A stretch of 64,000 nucleotides of DNA from Marsupella aquatica (taxonomy: Eukaryota; Plantae; Marchantiophyta). This document shows positions 63,801-64,000 of the stretch, one piece after another (position 1 is the stretch's first letter; every line of letters starts with the position of its first letter). The position numbers and the translations under genes were made by a program. The notes under the pieces are model-generated. The model saw only the letters and a program-made list of their open reading frames with translations, had not been told where the DNA came from and searched no databases. The DNA lies in NCBI GenBank assembly GCA_973895155.1, contig OZ316897.1:16970058-17034057 (forward strand), in the 5' to 3' direction.

Positions 63801-63897
63801 ACCGGTGGTAGGCGCTGGCAATGCAAGTCTTGGAGAAGTTCTTCGGGGTGCTCTTGGTGGACTTCCAGTTGCCACAGCGCATGCGAGAAAGGATTGA
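60876..63897 (+). CDS. WRKY: Group IIb WRKY transcription factor; predicted exons 60876-61148, 61515-61637, 61934-62581, 62726-62839, 63196-63897 (about 619 aa)
   Basis: WRKYGQK + C-X5-C...HxH ([37 protein letters not shown]|VQRC...YEGTHSH). V-type intron before VQR, N-terminal coiled coil ([16 protein letters not shown]), and IIb motifs [36 protein letters not shown]. All four introns are GT-AG, phase 0. Exons 1-2 are less certain. Confidence 0.92.
63035..63080. repeat. Perfect 23-bp tandem duplication in WRKY intron 4
   Basis: CCCACTCTAACTGGATCAGACGT x2. Confidence 0.9.
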
Positions 63898-64000
63898 CCA
63901 TCACCGAGAACAGTGCAATGCTTTTTGTTTGAAATTTGACGAATACCCAAGGATGGATATGCGGAGTCACTGCGTTGGACAGGATCCATTCCGGAAGGAT

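Overview
Eukaryotic genomic DNA from a plant. A non-seed lineage is a guess, not shown by the sequence. The only host gene I can support is a five-exon group IIb WRKY transcription factor (60876-63897, +) with a W-box cluster upstream. The centre holds two related but distinct Ty3/Gypsy-type retrotransposons, one nested in the other: outer 25879-45579 (TSD ATGT) and inner 35147-44742 (TSD ACCA, inserted in the outer element's PHD-finger codons). Both encode, now with stop codons, a Gag-protease-[C5 DNA cytosine methyltransferase, DNMT3-like]-RT-RNase H-DDE integrase-PHD polyprotein. Neither has a normal LTR pair. Both have split direct repeats A...internal...B-gc-A-B, an architecture known from tyrosine-recombinase retroelements (PAT/TOC1/Ngaro). 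Here it occurs with a DDE integrase, 4-bp TSDs, a palindromic GACA-GC-TGTC internal junction, a G-run PPT before B1, and a Tf1-like self-complementary primer site instead of a tRNA PBS. A solo A-B unit of the inner family (TSD AATT) lies at 5421-5890. Several MITEs with 8-bp TSDs, short tandem repeats and degraded repeats fill the rest. In 1-25.8 kb and 45.6-60.8 kb I recognise no protein-coding gene. All coordinates and counts were read by eye.
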